A DNA stretch of 64,000 bases from Eledone cirrhosa (taxonomy: Eukaryota). How positions within the stretch are numbered: position 1 is the stretch's first letter; the number at the start of each line of letters is the position of its first letter. The stretch is taken from NCBI GenBank assembly GCA_964016885.1, contig OZ024745.1:129828001-129892000 (forward strand), in the 5' to 3' direction. Shown here one piece after another: positions 29,870-44,436 of the stretch. The translations under genes and the position numbers were made by a program. The notes beneath the pieces were generated by a model, which was not told the origin of the DNA, did not search any database, and worked only from the letters and a program-made list of their open reading frames with translations.

Positions 29870-29874
29870 TATAT

Positions 29875-29921
<47 letters not shown>

Positions 29922-29993
29922 TATAATATATATATATATATATATACATATATATGTATACATATATATATATATATATGTATATATACACAC

Positions 29994-30063
<70 letters not shown>

Positions 30064-30067
30064 TTAT

Positions 30068-30101
<34 letters not shown>
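29684..30101. repeat. (TA)n/(GA)n compound microsatellite
   Basis: Direct reading. Confidence 0.95.
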
Positions 30102-30104
<3 letters not shown>

Positions 30105-30719
30105 TCAGCATTTTCATAAATATTTTCTTTGTGAAAGCCATTTCTGAAAATAATACACAGGTTTAGCACCTGGGTTAACAATGTACATTTTTTAAAGAGG
30201 AATGCGAGATATTAACTTTTGCTTTATGTCAAGGATTGGCAATAAAAATGAAATAATTAGATTATGAAAAAAATATGAGTATAAAATCCACATTAATGAT
30301 AAAGACCCGTTTTAGATTAATGCTTTGTTTAAGAAAAACAAATACATTTTTAGGAAACTGATACACAACCAGTAATTCCACATTGAAAATAGTGACTGGT
30401 TTGGTAATGGATTTTAAAACATAAAACCGGTTGTCTTAGACAGCCATCATTACTTAAACTACTGACGTGGAACTAGCAATAAAAATGATTTTCATTACAG
30501 ATACGCCTTTTTACTTCGACAGAAATCGTTTTTCACTACTTATTTGTTGCAATTTATTCCATTTTATATTTTCGTTTTTGTTTACTAATTTACATTATTT
30601 TGCATTGAAAATCAAATGGCATCTCTACGTATTGGTGTTTTGCTCAACACCAAACATATTCACATGGGTTTATTTATTTATTTATTCATCCGGTTACACC
30701 ATGATAAGGATTTAGAATG

Positions 30720-30995
30720 AAACTGGATTATGAATAAGGCTTGAAAATATATTGATGTGTGTTAATAGAGATTATTTCCCAGCCTGTAATTAAGAAGTTC
30801 GCATCAAATTCATTTCTTTTGCAACATTTAGAAACGTATACAGCATACTGAAAATTGCACTACTAGGCACTGCACACGTACTACAAAAGTACATTCGATA
30901 CAAAAGAAATAACAACCAAAACTGACATATCCATGGTACAATTAGCTCTGTTCTGTAATGTAGTGACAGCACACACACATTTCTAGTTCTACTAA
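30720..30995 (+). mobile_element. 3'-end fragment of an R4/Dong-like LINE, followed by a (TAG)n/(TGG)n tract
   Basis: YSILKIALLGTAHVLQK at about 30838-30890 resembles the C-terminus IQKIVLMGTVHILR of the 2637-4070 element. Confidence 0.6.
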
Positions 30996-31113
30996 TATTA
31001 ATTACAGTAGTAGTAGTAGTAGTAGTAGTGGTAGTGGTAGTGGTAGTAGTAGTAGTAGTAATGGAGGTGGTCGTGGGGTGGTAATAGTAGTAGTATTAGT
31101 AGTAGTGGAGATG

Positions 31114-31179
<66 letters not shown>

Positions 31180-33574
31180 TTAGTTGTGGTGGTGATAGTG
31201 ATGTGGCGATCGTGGTAGTGGTGGTGGTTTAGCTCCCAGTAGGCTCTGATTGACAGAATTGTGGTGAAAAACATTCCATCCATGACTATCCTGACATTTT
31301 AAAGGCAGAATATACTCTATCAACAATATCAAATTTAACCTTTTGCTGTGGTAGAATGTAATTTGATGTAGATTTTTCTTCTAATTTTAGAACCTCGGAA
31401 GACCACCTAGAAGTTCCCCGCCTCGGTTCATTGTCTATTAAGTATTCCACATAGATGAACAGCTTTCTAAAAATGTATTTAAAGTAGTGATTGTAAAAAG
31501 AAACTTCCTGAAAATTCCACGTTTTAGATGTTCAACAATTTTTCTTAACCAAACCATGGTTTTAATTTTATACATATGTCTTTGTTTTCAAAATTATAAA
31601 GCTATGACCCTTTTTGTCTACACCATATGTTCACCTTAATTTTGGATATCTCAGATCCTTCTATCATTTCCTATCTAGTACTGCATCACCAGCAAAACAT
31701 GTCTATATTTCCAGAAATTCTTATTTTCCACCTTGGATGTTTGCTGGTTTTATGTTTTAAAGCTCTTGATTTTGTTTAAACCTTCAATACAGTCTTCTGC
31801 GACGATTTCTCCCTTGTAAAACCAACCGGTTTCTGATATTCTATTTGTTCTAACATATTTCATCAATTTATTTCATCACAGACATAGAGCAAATAGGTAA
31901 AACTAACCAGAAATGTTCGAACCAGTATAGGGGAAAATATATTTTTTTTCCGTGGTCAGATGTGTTGTTTTTATGTCTTTCTGTCAAGTCAATACCAATA
32001 TCATAAATGCCAATATCATACACAGAAATATACATATATATACGCATGTATTAGTGTTTGAGTTTGAAAACCTATACAATGTGATAAATTGTTTTCCACC
32101 ATCTGGAATAAAGTATTAGTGTGACAACGTCAACAAAAGCAAATTCATCAGAACGATGAGGAGGACGACGTTAATACTAAAAGCAAAAAACACCAACAGT
32201 GCTACTATGAAGCAGAAGCGTTAAAATATCTGCAACATAGACTAACATAAATGGTGGCAACAAATGCATCAACAAGGCTAGTATGAGCCAAAAAGAAGAA
32301 AATAGAGAGCGAAAAAAAATCACATGTCAGAAACAGCTGAATTGAAATTTAGCTATCCCTTACGTATTCATATAACTAAATCTTTCAGCAGCATAGTGTC
32401 TCAATTACGATTCTGCGATTCATTATGGCTTTTCCCGCAGCTTTTAGACAGCAAACCACACCGGAATTGTTCGCAACCGGACATACCGACACCGGAAATT
32501 GCATACTATTCCCAATTACTTAACTTCTATCCCGTCGAAATCCAATCCTATCTAAACCACAAGAAAACACAGATGTATCTCCCCCTTTGAGTAAATCTGC
32601 TTATATTTCACACGTTCTGGTGTCTGCATTTATGATAGTTTCACAGACCATTAAATGCCACAAATCAAGTTCTCTAAGCCCTACTATCTTGTTCGAGATT
32701 TTAATTCATTTTTAGAAAATTATATGGAAGATTTACACGTCAGGTCTCAAATTATTCGCGTATGTTTCTCAAGTTATCACTTGTGCTTTTGTTATTATTA
32801 TTCTCATTATTATTCGTATTACTAGGGTTGTAGTTTTATTTTGAATTTGTTATTTGTATTTTTCGTTGCTCATATTGCTGTATCAACAGTTGTTGAGCTT
32901 AAAACATTTGGATGTGAGTTGAACCATGCTACATAGCTTCAAATCACCCAACAAATCCAGCAAACTACAACCATAGCCTGCTTTACGATATCTGTCATTA
33001 CTTTAGCAATATCATTTATTTTCACATAACGGGTAGCATTAAACATATTAACTATTTAACTTATTTACGTAATTGTAGGATTTAAGAACCAGATGTTGAA
33101 ATATAGTCAATTTTATTTTGTTTTGCATGAAAATAACAGATTCTTTGGTTAAACACAGCTTTCATGTAAAAGCAACCTTAACATCATTATCTCTTTCATT
33201 TTAGTTGTTGGTGTTATAAGTTTTTCGTTACTTTCTAAACGATTTCATCGGCTTTGATAATCGTCTAGATTAGTCTTCGAATTAGGCGTGAAGGAATGCA
33301 TAATTTCAACACAATTTCAGCTGACATTCTCGTGTATTCAATACTAGATACGCTCATAAAGCAAATCCAGGCTATGGAATATACAACATTAAGGATTTGC
33401 GATTGTGTGACATTAATGTTTCCTGTGTACAATTTGCAACGACACTAGGAAAGTTAACATTTTGAGTTCTGTTTTCAATGATTATTAAAAGAAATTGGCA
33501 CGACAGAATATTAAAAGAAATTGGCACGAATTGAATTATTGTCTATTTTGTTTTCAAACCATTAATTAGCACAA

Positions 33575-33765
33575 AGGCGGTGAATTTGCAGTGTCGGTAG
33601 ACGGTTGGACGCCATGCTTTCTAGCATAGTTACGTCCCTTTACGATCTGAGTTCAAATCCCGCCGAGGTTAACTTTGCCTTTCATCCTTACGGGGTCGAT
33701 AAAATAAAGTACCAGTAATGTACTGGGTAATTGCTGGCCTTGTGCCTAAAGTAGAAACAATTAAT
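33575..33765 (+). mobile_element. SINE family 1, full length
   Basis: Family motifs. Flanked by the direct repeat attaattagcacaaa (TSD-like). Confidence 0.88.
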
Positions 33766-35769
33766 TAGCACAAATTTGCATAGCTTCTGAAAATAGACAC
33801 CAGAGAAATATACATGTCAAAACTAGTCTTCATGATGAAAATTATATAAATAGAAATAACCGGGGAGAAAGAAAAAGCACATCATTGAGGCATGTAATTC
33901 CCTATTAATGATTGTGGCAAAAATAAGCATGTTTGAAAGAGAATTCTGGGAAGACGAGTAAATACATGACCCCGTAAACCAATAAACAATGTAATTAGTT
34001 CATAACGTATAGACATGTAATGCGGGAATTTAATCATTCCTCCTCGTGTGTTTTATGTAAAATACGCATTTCGTTGATGGGACTGGTTTGAACTGCCTCC
34101 TGAAAATAATTCAGCAGTGATTAATAATTCAAATTTTATTATTGATCCTATAAAGCACAAACGGCAACAAAGGAAAATGGAATTAATTGTGAACATCACT
34201 GAATCAAAATCCTGACTTCAGTACATCTGGTGCTGAGCAGAATTATCAGGTTATTGTAGCTGGTATATTTTAGTATTATTTTGCATATGAATACATTATA
34301 CATTATTTTATCGGTTGATGCAAATGGGTTCCTTTAACTATTCTTTCGATTTTACAGACCTGTATCTATGTTACGGGGAAATGTTAAATAGTTAGGCGGA
34401 AGAACTGAAGGATTGCAGAATATAATTCGATACATATAAATGTTGATATGAAATCAGCCTCTCATGAAATAGTATTGGTATTCTTAAATAATTCTTGCAT
34501 CTTAAATCGAATACGCATTTTCAGTCGATGACAAGGAAGACATTATCTCAACCCTTGTCCAAGCGAGACGTTTTCGAATATTCGAAATATTATTGTTTTA
34601 TTATCTAAGTAATAGATTTTTTGGTTGATGTTCTTCCATCTGTAAAACTATATTCGAAGTTGTATTAGTTGTAAAGATAGTTAACATATCAAATGCAGCG
34701 ATTTGTTGCCCCTGTAATATTAAACACTTCAATATATTCTTGTAATTAGCCACGCTCTTCTCATTCATTGAACTCAATAAGTGTTAACCAACTTGCATAT
34801 TTATTTCTTGAACCAAATTTATTTCACTTGTCGTGGAAGCCTTAACCCAGTTTAAATGAATATTATGACCCGAAATTGAAAGAGGAAAGACAGACGAGAT
34901 TAAATGTTTTCCTTAACTATCATGCTTTTGTATATTCCGATTTTAGAAACTAAGACTTTATAAATCATTCCGATTCTATGGATTTAGATATTAAACTTCA
35001 ATGTTTATTTGGAATGACAGCATCTCGTCTGTTGAAGGTAGCCACGCCAATTGCGATTTTGTTTGATAATGTTGAAGTGACACGTAACAAATATATTGTG
35101 TTATCAGGCTATAGTTTTTAAGTTCAAATATATTGTAGGTATTTATTTTTTCCCATGCCTTTAGGCAGGAAATCGTATTTGTCAAGAACTGTTAACAGAT
35201 ATGTTAAAAATGCAACCAGCATCTGTATTAATCAGAATAAAGAAGATTTATATCTCATCAGCTTAATACTATAACACTACAGTAAATAATATACGCACCG
35301 TTTATATCTGCCCGAGACATTTACAGAATATTCGTTACATTAGAAAGAAAACAAGCAGATAGAAAAAAAATGACAGTGTAATTAGAAGGTTTTCTCAGAA
35401 ACAAAAAGCAACTTTTAGTAAAAGTAAATTATAAAATGACTATTTACGTAAGAAAATAGTGATAAACGATCAAGCAAAAGTCCAAGTTAAGAAGTAAAAT
35501 ATTTACCTCGTTATTTGGATAAATGTTGTTGGTGTATAGGCATATTATTTCTTTCCGTCTGAAATATAAGTTGATAGTAAAAAAGAAATGGTTGCTGTAA
35601 AAATGTTACTAATGGGTTTAAATGATAGAGTAATTGTAACCAACGTCTTCCAGATGGGGAAATTTAACATTGAGTATCGTCTAACCTTTATCAACTTCAT
35701 CTAAATTGAGCCCTTTCTACAGTCTAACATATATATGTCGAGAGGTTGACTAGTAATTGACATCAGTAA

Positions 35770-35866
<97 letters not shown>

Positions 35867-36068
35867 GGAGAGGGAGAGAGACGGAGCGAGATAGGGAGAC
35901 AAAAGATAGAATGTAGGAGAGATAAAGTGAAAAAAAAAGACAAAATGAAAGAATGAAGAAGTAAGAGATATTTCAGGGAAAATAGAGATGACGCAAGGAA
36001 TTTAAATCGTCTAGTGGATGATAAATAATTTATGCCCGAAAGGAGTCAACAAATCCACAGGAAGGTAC

Positions 36069-36111
36069 ACGTTGCTGGCGATAGCTAATAAGGTTGAAAC
36101 TAATACAACGT
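36069..36111 (+). ncRNA. Minimal type I hammerhead motif (partly mutated)
   Basis: acgttg-CTGGCGA-t agct aata aggt t-GAAA-ctaa-TA-caacgt. The inverted copy (36786-36818) restores stem II agct/agct and the palindromic ctag-TA. Confidence 0.6.
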
Positions 36112-36375
36112 TCCTTTGTCAGTGTTGAACAAATGAGCAACGATGGTTACTAGACACTGTACGGCTTAATTCGGGACGTTTGTTTACAAACACACCGAGC
36201 GTTATAATAAATGTTCGGTGAATCCATACGTACATATATATATATGTGTGCATGTATATATATATATATACTACTGTACGTCTGTATACATATATGTATG
36301 TACGTATACATACTTATATTTAAGTAACAGCCGTACTAAGAGTGAGAAATGAAATTTCGTTTCATTTTTTCCGTT

Positions 36376-36442
<67 letters not shown>

Positions 36443-36533
36443 GAGAAGGTTGTCATTAAGAATGCACATACATACAGAGACACATGCAAGGAGACAGACA
36501 CGCGCACAAATACATTCGAACAAATTCACAAGC

Positions 36534-36584
<51 letters not shown>

Positions 36585-37014
36585 TGTACACATACATACA
36601 TATATGTATACAGACGTACAGTAGTATGTATATATATATACATGCATGCACACATATATATATATGTACGTATTGATTCACCGAACATTTATTATAATGT
36701 TCGGTGTGTTTGTAAACAAACATCCCGTATTAAGCCGTAGTGTCCAGCAACCATCGTTGCTCGTTTGTTCAACACTGACAAAGGAACGCTGTACTAGTTT
36801 CAAGCTTATTAGCTATCGTTTGTTTACAAACACACCGAGCATTATAATAAATGTTCGGTTAATCCATACGTACATATATATATGTGTGCATGTATGTATA
36901 TATACATACATACTACTGTACGTCTGTATACATATATGTATGTACGTGTACATACTTATATTTAAGTAACTGCCGTACTAAGAGTGGGAAATGAAATTTC
37001 GTTTCATTTTTTCC

Positions 37015-37015
<1 letters not shown>
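36069..37015. mobile_element. Direct, inverted and direct partial copies of an about 300-bp Penelope-like 3' end, interleaved with (TA)n
   Basis: 36079-36375 (+), about 36580-36818 (inverted copy) and 36818-37015 (direct partial copy). Confidence 0.7.
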
Positions 37016-37094
<79 letters not shown>

Positions 37095-37500
37095 CACAGA
37101 CGATGCATTATTTAGTCTTCTATGAAATTTAGTAGTTAGGGGTTTACTAGTTGTGAAGTATCCATTGAAAAGCATCGGACCAGTTCATCTCTTCACTGAA
37201 TTGCGAAACATTTCTACCTGAATACTGTCTGGATACTTGATAGTTGTCATAGTAGGTTTGTACATCTCGAAGTATCCTTTTAATTGAGTTCTGTGAACCA
37301 TACTATTCTTTCACAGTATTTTCTTCAGCCTGGCGGTTGCTGTCCCCTGTGATTTGAACGAATATATTTCTTTATCTGTTTTTGTCTCTCTTTACTGAGG
37401 CTCGGAATATGTTTTTTTCCTTGAGCTAATTTGATTATAAGGGACTATTCTGAATTTTTAACTCAATATATATTTTTGATATATATACGTATATATACAT

Positions 37501-37613
<113 letters not shown>

Positions 37614-37959
37614 TATATATATAGGGGGATGGATGTGTGGGGAGGGACAAATGGTAGAGCCGACCATGCCTAGCGCGAGTGCACAGCACGATAGGCACTC
37701 CAATTTGAATAGGGCTAAAGCGGGTACTTCAGGTGAGTCTGTTTCAAATCTCTTGAAAATGCAGCAAAATAGAAAACTCTTATAGCCTAGGCAGATGCAA
37801 GTGTAAGGAATATTTCAAGATATATCACACACACACACACACACATACATACACACATACACACACACACAGATGCACTCACAAACTCGCTCTCACTCAC
37901 TCTCTCTTTCACACACATATACTCACTCACTCTCTCTCTCTCACACATTCAACCGTGAC

Positions 37960-38680
37960 TAGCTGAGCCCATGGATTTTATCCACCGAATTTACTTGAGG
38001 TTTTGCTCAGGTTCTCCTGTCGGTTGATTTTACCCGTAAACATTGTCCCTGCATTTCTACATTAGAGAATCTGACAGCATGTCCATAGTGTCGGAGCTGT
38101 GATTTTTTAACTTTGGAGAAGTAGCTGTTCTGCCTGGAGTGAATCCCTGATCTGCAAGCTATCGAGTAATGTTATTGGAGAGAACCCCATTTCTACCGCT
38201 ACTATTCGTGATCATGTTCCTTCGGTTGTTACTCAAGATTGATGACCATAAGATTTGGCAGGAATCCCGAATTGAAGGCAGTGAGTTTGGGGGTTTGTTC
38301 TGGTCTCCATCCATCGCTGTGAGAAGTGGTGATGAGGTTGCGAACGGTTATCGGATGTGTGTGATAGACATATAATAGTTGTATGTCTCGAGACATCAGT
38401 GAGTGTCCAGATGGGAACAAACCATAATAACTGGCAACAGGAACGTTATAACCCTTACATCTAATGAGCAGGAACTAGAAGAGAAGGCCAGATGCTATTG
38501 ATAGATATAGTCGTTGTTTCCTCAAACAAAGTTCCTTGGCTTTTTACTATAGATTTGGTTGGAGGATGGAAACTCCATTATTCAGATGTGGTACAAGAAA
38601 TGACATCACAGACGGAAGTAGGTATACTTACAAATGTTCGGTTGCTGGAATGTGTAATGGAGTGTATCCTATTGCAAGGA
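37960..38680 (-). mobile_element. Highly degraded RTE-clade LINE, RT C-terminal remnant
   Basis: Reverse-complement peptide SKVKKSQLRHYGHAVRF..GKI resembles the RTE 'L.w.GHv.R' motif. Many stops. Confidence 0.45.
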
Positions 38681-38789
38681 AGGATTCGTCGCTTGAAGTT
38701 TAGGCTTATTGCATATATATTATATTATATTTAATCCATAAATTCCGACAAACATCACGTGCCTGCGTGTGTTTATGATTATTGATAAA

Positions 38790-38980
38790 TAATTGTTTCT
38801 AATTTTGGCACAAGGCCAGCAATTACCCAGTGCATTACTGGTACTTTATTTTATCGGCCCCGTAAGGATGAAAGGTAAAGTTAACCTCGGTGGGATTTGA
38901 ACTCAGAATGGAAAGGGCCGTAACTCTATACGTCGAAGCATGTCGTCCGACCCTCTACCGATACTGCCAATCCACCGCCT
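38790..38980 (-). mobile_element. SINE family 1
   Basis: Reverse complement of the family motifs. Confidence 0.85.
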
Positions 38981-40721
38981 ATGACTATTGATAAATAATA
39001 TTCGTATGGATATCATACATATACACAAATTATTATTTACCACGAGGCATTGCATTAACTTTACAAGTAAGGTCATAAAAATAGGCAGTAGAATTCTTAT
39101 AGTCCATGTGTATGCTAGAGCACACATATTAAGAATTTGGGATATGATTCTATATTTGAGTGTGTATGCGTTTGTGAACGGGCAACCTAATTCAGAATGT
39201 ACGTGTGTACAAGTGTGTACAAGCGTGTATATAAATGATAATGCTATTGACAAGCTTCTTGCGCCAACTTTGAACTGGAAACTAAAACAAGAAAAATGCT
39301 ATAGAATAGAATACTGTAATGTTGAACATTCACCTTTATTCTATATATTTAATGTTAATGCTTAGGATGGGATAAAAACGTTTCGAAAACACAATAGAGA
39401 TTACTAAAATTTAACAGGAATTCGAACTTTTACTGTATGCTTTCCATTAACTGGCATATAATTACCTCTCCACCAAAAAAGCTGAACAAATACATTATTC
39501 TACCAAACAATAGGAAAAGGAAGATGTTATATGAATGTTACAAAACACTATATTAAAGAGAGAAAAGAAATCAAACCTCATTTTGAATCAGTAAACTACA
39601 ATATGATGGCGTTCGTCTCTATTATGAAAAACAAAATAATTAACACAGTTTTTATTTTCATTTGTAACTTTTTTGACTGTTAAAATATAGTTTGCTTACG
39701 CCTACATAAGGCTCTTCTCATTTATTGGTAATGAAGAAGGAATGAGAAAACATTGTGATAATCTTAAATATGTCTATGAAAAGCATCGCACAACATAATA
39801 AAATCAAATATATATGAGTAAGTTGAGTAGATTTATCACGGGTGCAAAGTAGAAATCCATACAACTATTAACTACTACCGACAGGAAATAGTTGTTCGTT
39901 CAGGAAGCCGAATATATCCTGCATCAAGTGCAATAGTTGAAGCACGGAAAGCTGTAAATTTCCCGAGTGATGCAAATTAAACGGAACTGCTTCAATCTGT
40001 TTATCTATCTTTCTGCCTATCTGTCTATGTATATAATCGGATAAAAACGGTTATTGGGAATTATTTTATACCAACATAATAGAAATATTTAAGAAACATA
40101 TAAATGTTCGTATTTGAAAATCTAAATATGTGTGAATGTCTGTGTATATGTATGTGCAATGATACAATTACTTTAAACAGAGACAAGTATCTATAAGAGA
40201 AGAAAAAAAACAGCCGGCGAATTCCACCATTGTAATTCGCTGTTATTTTTATCTACTCGATGAAACTAGAGCAGAATTTGAACTCAGAATTAAAAGGAGT
40301 GAATCCGAATACTGTAAAGATTTTAATTCACTCTTGCTTCTGCCTTTGCTCGAGCATCTTCTTACGCCAGCATGCGTTCGATTACAGCAAAGATGAACAT
40401 TTAAATGTTCGCTGGTTTAAGCCCGTTTGTCTATGTGAATATAAATCTTCGATTCTTCTGTAATATTCTTTGAACTCTGGAGCCCATAACAGTGTTAATG
40501 GTCCGTGCATTGTAGAAGAATTGAAGAATCGAAATAGCCATGTGCTTCGTTCAGAAGCACAGGCTAAACAGACCGTGATGGAAGAGCTTTTTAATTTGCC
40601 GACTCATATTTAATAGGCCTGTCGCCCCTCCATAATCATTGCAAACAGCGAAATTATCCACGTTGAATATAAACAGCAAACATTAAATTCACTGATCATG
40701 CATACTATCATTTGGATTAAG

Positions 40722-40912
40722 TGAAGATGATCAAGATGATGATGATGATGACGATGATGATGTGGATGATGATGATGATGACGATGACGACGATGAGAAT
40801 GATGACGATGATGATGATGATGATGATGATGACGATGATGATGATGACGATAATGGTGATGACGATGATGATAACGATGATAATGATAACAATGATGGTG
40901 ATGATGATGATG
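40722..40912. repeat. (GAT)n trinucleotide microsatellite
   Basis: Direct reading. Confidence 0.95.
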
Positions 40913-41041
40913 AATACAATCAATAGTTTCACGAGGATGTAGTAGATGTAACTTTAAAGGCAGCAGTAGGGGGAAAATTGATTTTTGCCGATATCGATTA
41001 TAATAATAATGTAGGATATCATTATTGTAATATCTATATAA

Positions 41042-41918
41042 TGGTGGTGGATTGGCAGTATCGGTAGAGGGTTGGACGCCATGCTTTGCAGCATAGAGTT
41101 ATGTCCCTTTATGATCTGAGTTCAAATCCCACCGAGGTTAATTTTGTCTTTCATCCTTACGGTGGTCGATAAAATAAAGTACCAGTCACACACTGGGGTC
41201 GATTTAATCAACATTCCCCTCCCCAAAGATTGCTGGCCTTGTGCCTATATAAGAAACCATTAATAGGGCGGTGGATTGGCAGTATGTGTAGAGGGTTGGA
41301 CACCATGCTTTGCAGCAAAGGCGTTCGGCCCTTTATGGTCTGAGTTCAAATCCCGCCGAGGTTAACTTTGCCTTTCATCCTTACGGGGTCGATAAAATAA
41401 AGTACCAGTAATGTTCTGGGTAATTGCTGGCCTTTTGCCAAAAGTAGAAACAATTATTGTAATATCTATAATATAACTATAATATGTTATTATCATAGTT
41501 ATCACTAGGGCAGTATATTGGCAGTATCGGTAGAGCATCAAGCAATATGTTTTGTGGCATAGAGTTACGGCCGTTTAAAATCCCGCCGAGGTTAGCTTTG
41601 CTTATCATCCTTGCGGGTTCGATAAAATAACGTACCACTGGGATCAATTTAATAGAATTTCTCCTACCCCAGAGTTGCTGACCTTGTGCCTAAATACAAA
41701 GTTTTGCTGACGATGCTGTTTGCTTAATAATTGTTTCTAGTTTTAGCACAAGGCCAGCAATTACCCAAGTATATTACTGGTACTTTATGTTATCGACCCC
41801 GTAAGGATGTAAGGCCAAGTTAACCTTGGTGGTATTTGAACTCCGATCGTAAAGGGGACATAACTCTATGCTGCAAAACATGGTGTCTGACGCCCTATCG
41901 ACACTGTCATTCCACCGT
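41042..41918. mobile_element. Cluster of four SINE family 1 copies (three plus, last one minus at about 41727-41918)
   Basis: Copies start at about 41042, 41266 and 41508, followed by an inverted copy. Confidence 0.85.
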
Positions 41919-42806
41919 TGTTTGCTTAATAATAATATTAATAATAGTTATAATAATACTGTTTTTTTAAACACTCAGACCGTACATATACAATAAACAT
42001 GTACAATGATGATGCACATATATAACAAATTGTAAAGAGTGAAAAAAAAATCAGGTCAAAATTGAGTCGATCTTCACGACTCTAAAATTCTCCGAAAGGA
42101 GGTGCAATAGCTAGGAGTAATTTAGGAGCACGACATATCTGAAGAGAATCTGAGCACAACAGAAAAGTGTATCTCTTCCCTCTCTTCGCTGTAGCCTACA
42201 GGCCAAATTCGCGACATTTCCTTATTTTTTAACACTCCTACAGATTGTTGTGCGTTGAACAGGATTAAACGCTACTTTCTTCAGAAATGGCAGCTTTATT
42301 CCGCATCGTTAATATTTTTAATGTCTCCCTCTAAATGACACTTAATATTCTACAGCCATCATGTACCACATAATTCTAATAATTCCATTTTAAAATCAGA
42401 TTCATGTCTCATGTTACCATATTCACAAATCATATTTCATCCTGAGTATGAGCCAACATTAATATTGTTGGCTGTCTCTCCTTTATTTCCCCCCTTTTAA
42501 CTGTCCTCAATAGGTTCCTACACTTGTATGTTTGTAAATGCAACCTAAGGACATTTTTTTCCAATAAAAGTAGGACTAGGTATATACGAACCGATGCTGC
42601 AATATGTTTATTGCATTATAAGAACGGGATCGATAAAATAAAGTACCAGTAATGTACTGGTTAATTGCTGGCCTTGTGCCAAAAGTAGAAACAATTATAA
42701 GAACGGGTATGTACTTACAATCTATGAATAAAATGTTCTATACATAATCTGACGCTAGATGTTTAGGATACAAGATGTTTAATATATATGTTTGTGTTTG
42801 TGCATA

Positions 42807-43026
42807 TACGAGGGGGTGCTGAAAAGTTCCCGGCTTGATCGCTGCTACAGACACTTGGTTAGAGATCCAAACTTCCGAGTTCATTTCATAGGAGGTAGAT
42901 AAAATGAAGGACCGCTGCAATAAGTATGTGAATCTGCGATGGGAATATGTTAAATAAAATCATAATTAACTGATCCTTCTCTGTTTTATTTTACCCAAAG
43001 CCAGGAACATTTCAGCATTCCTTGCA
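42807..43026 (+). mobile_element. Mariner-derived non-autonomous element (MITE)
   Basis: TA-cgagggggtgctgaaaagttcccggctt ... aagccaggaacatttcagcattccttg are imperfect TIRs. The internal DRCNKYVNLRWEYVK* resembles a mariner transposase C-terminus. Confidence 0.7.
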
Positions 43027-43363
43027 TGTATACATACATATATGTATATGTGTGCGATCGCGTGTAAGCGTTTCTACACATCTATGCGAAGTAATATTTC
43101 AAGATATAAATAATTGTATCTACAAAGAAAAAGAATAAGGAGAGCTGGTCACGCTATAATTCATTAGGACTTTAAATATGTGTCATTTTTCTTCATTCTT
43201 CATTTCACTGATATCTCCTCTCCCATTTCATATATTCGTTTCACATTTTTCATCTGCTTTGACATCTCCTTTTGATGTCAGCTCTCCTCCACCTCTGGCT
43301 CTTAGTCTTCCATTAATAATGCGAAATACAATCATAATCGTACAATGCAATACTGACACGCGC

Positions 43364-43585
43364 ATATACATACATAATACATACATACATACATACATAA
43401 TACATACGTACATACATAATACATACGTACATAATACATACATACATAATACATACGTACATAATACATACGTACATAATACATACATACATAATACATA
43501 CGTACATAATACATACATACAAACATACATATATACATGCATGATACATACATAAATAATACATACATACATATATACATACATA
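43364..43585. repeat. (TACA)n-derived 15-bp minisatellite (acataatacatacgt)
   Basis: Direct reading. Confidence 0.85.
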
Positions 43586-43617
43586 AAACCGTGTATTCAT
43601 ACACGCATAAATATATA

Positions 43618-43810
43618 TGTGCATAGCGTAGTGGTTAGCACATTGATTTTACAATTCTGAGCTTGAGAGTTCAGTTCTCGAGATGGGTTTGCGTTGTGTC
43701 CTTGAGCAAGACACTATATTCCCCATTGCACCACCTTGTCTAGGCTTTTGCCTTAAATGAGAAGTCTCTATTTGCAAAACCCATGGAAATCCATGACCGA
43801 AGAAGGGTTT
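43618..43810 (+). mobile_element. tRNA-derived SINE, family 2 (diverged)
   Basis: tagcgtagtggtt A-box, gagttcagttctc B-box-like and gtgtccttgagcaagacact. Confidence 0.6.
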
Positions 43811-43855
43811 TGATTTCTATACTTCTATACACATATATAACGGTATATATACATA

Positions 43856-43963
<108 letters not shown>

Positions 43964-44054
43964 GTACATATATACGTATTTCCGTACACACAAACTGAAA
44001 TATGCATGCCCTATTACATACACACTCATACTAATGCCCGCATACACATACACA

Positions 44055-44133
<79 letters not shown>

Positions 44134-44283
44134 GAATGAGTATAAGTATATCCCCCCCCCCTCTTTATCTCTCCTTATCTCTCTGTACGTATTATTATAT
44201 ATGTGTGCGCGCCCGCGCGTTTATTCGTGTTCATGGATGAAGGAAATATTTGAATTGGGATAGATAGATACATAGTTACTCAG

Positions 44284-44335
<52 letters not shown>

Positions 44336-44365
44336 AGATCAAAAGATGGTTAAAGGAGTTCAATG

Positions 44366-44436
44366 TATTTTATTATGCGCATTTCAAAAACAAACATCAT
44401 CATGCAATAATATTTGTGTTTTCATCAGATAAAACA
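44366..44436 (-). ncRNA. Type I hammerhead ribozyme motif
   Basis: Reverse complement is identical to the 46060-46130 motif. Confidence 0.85.
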
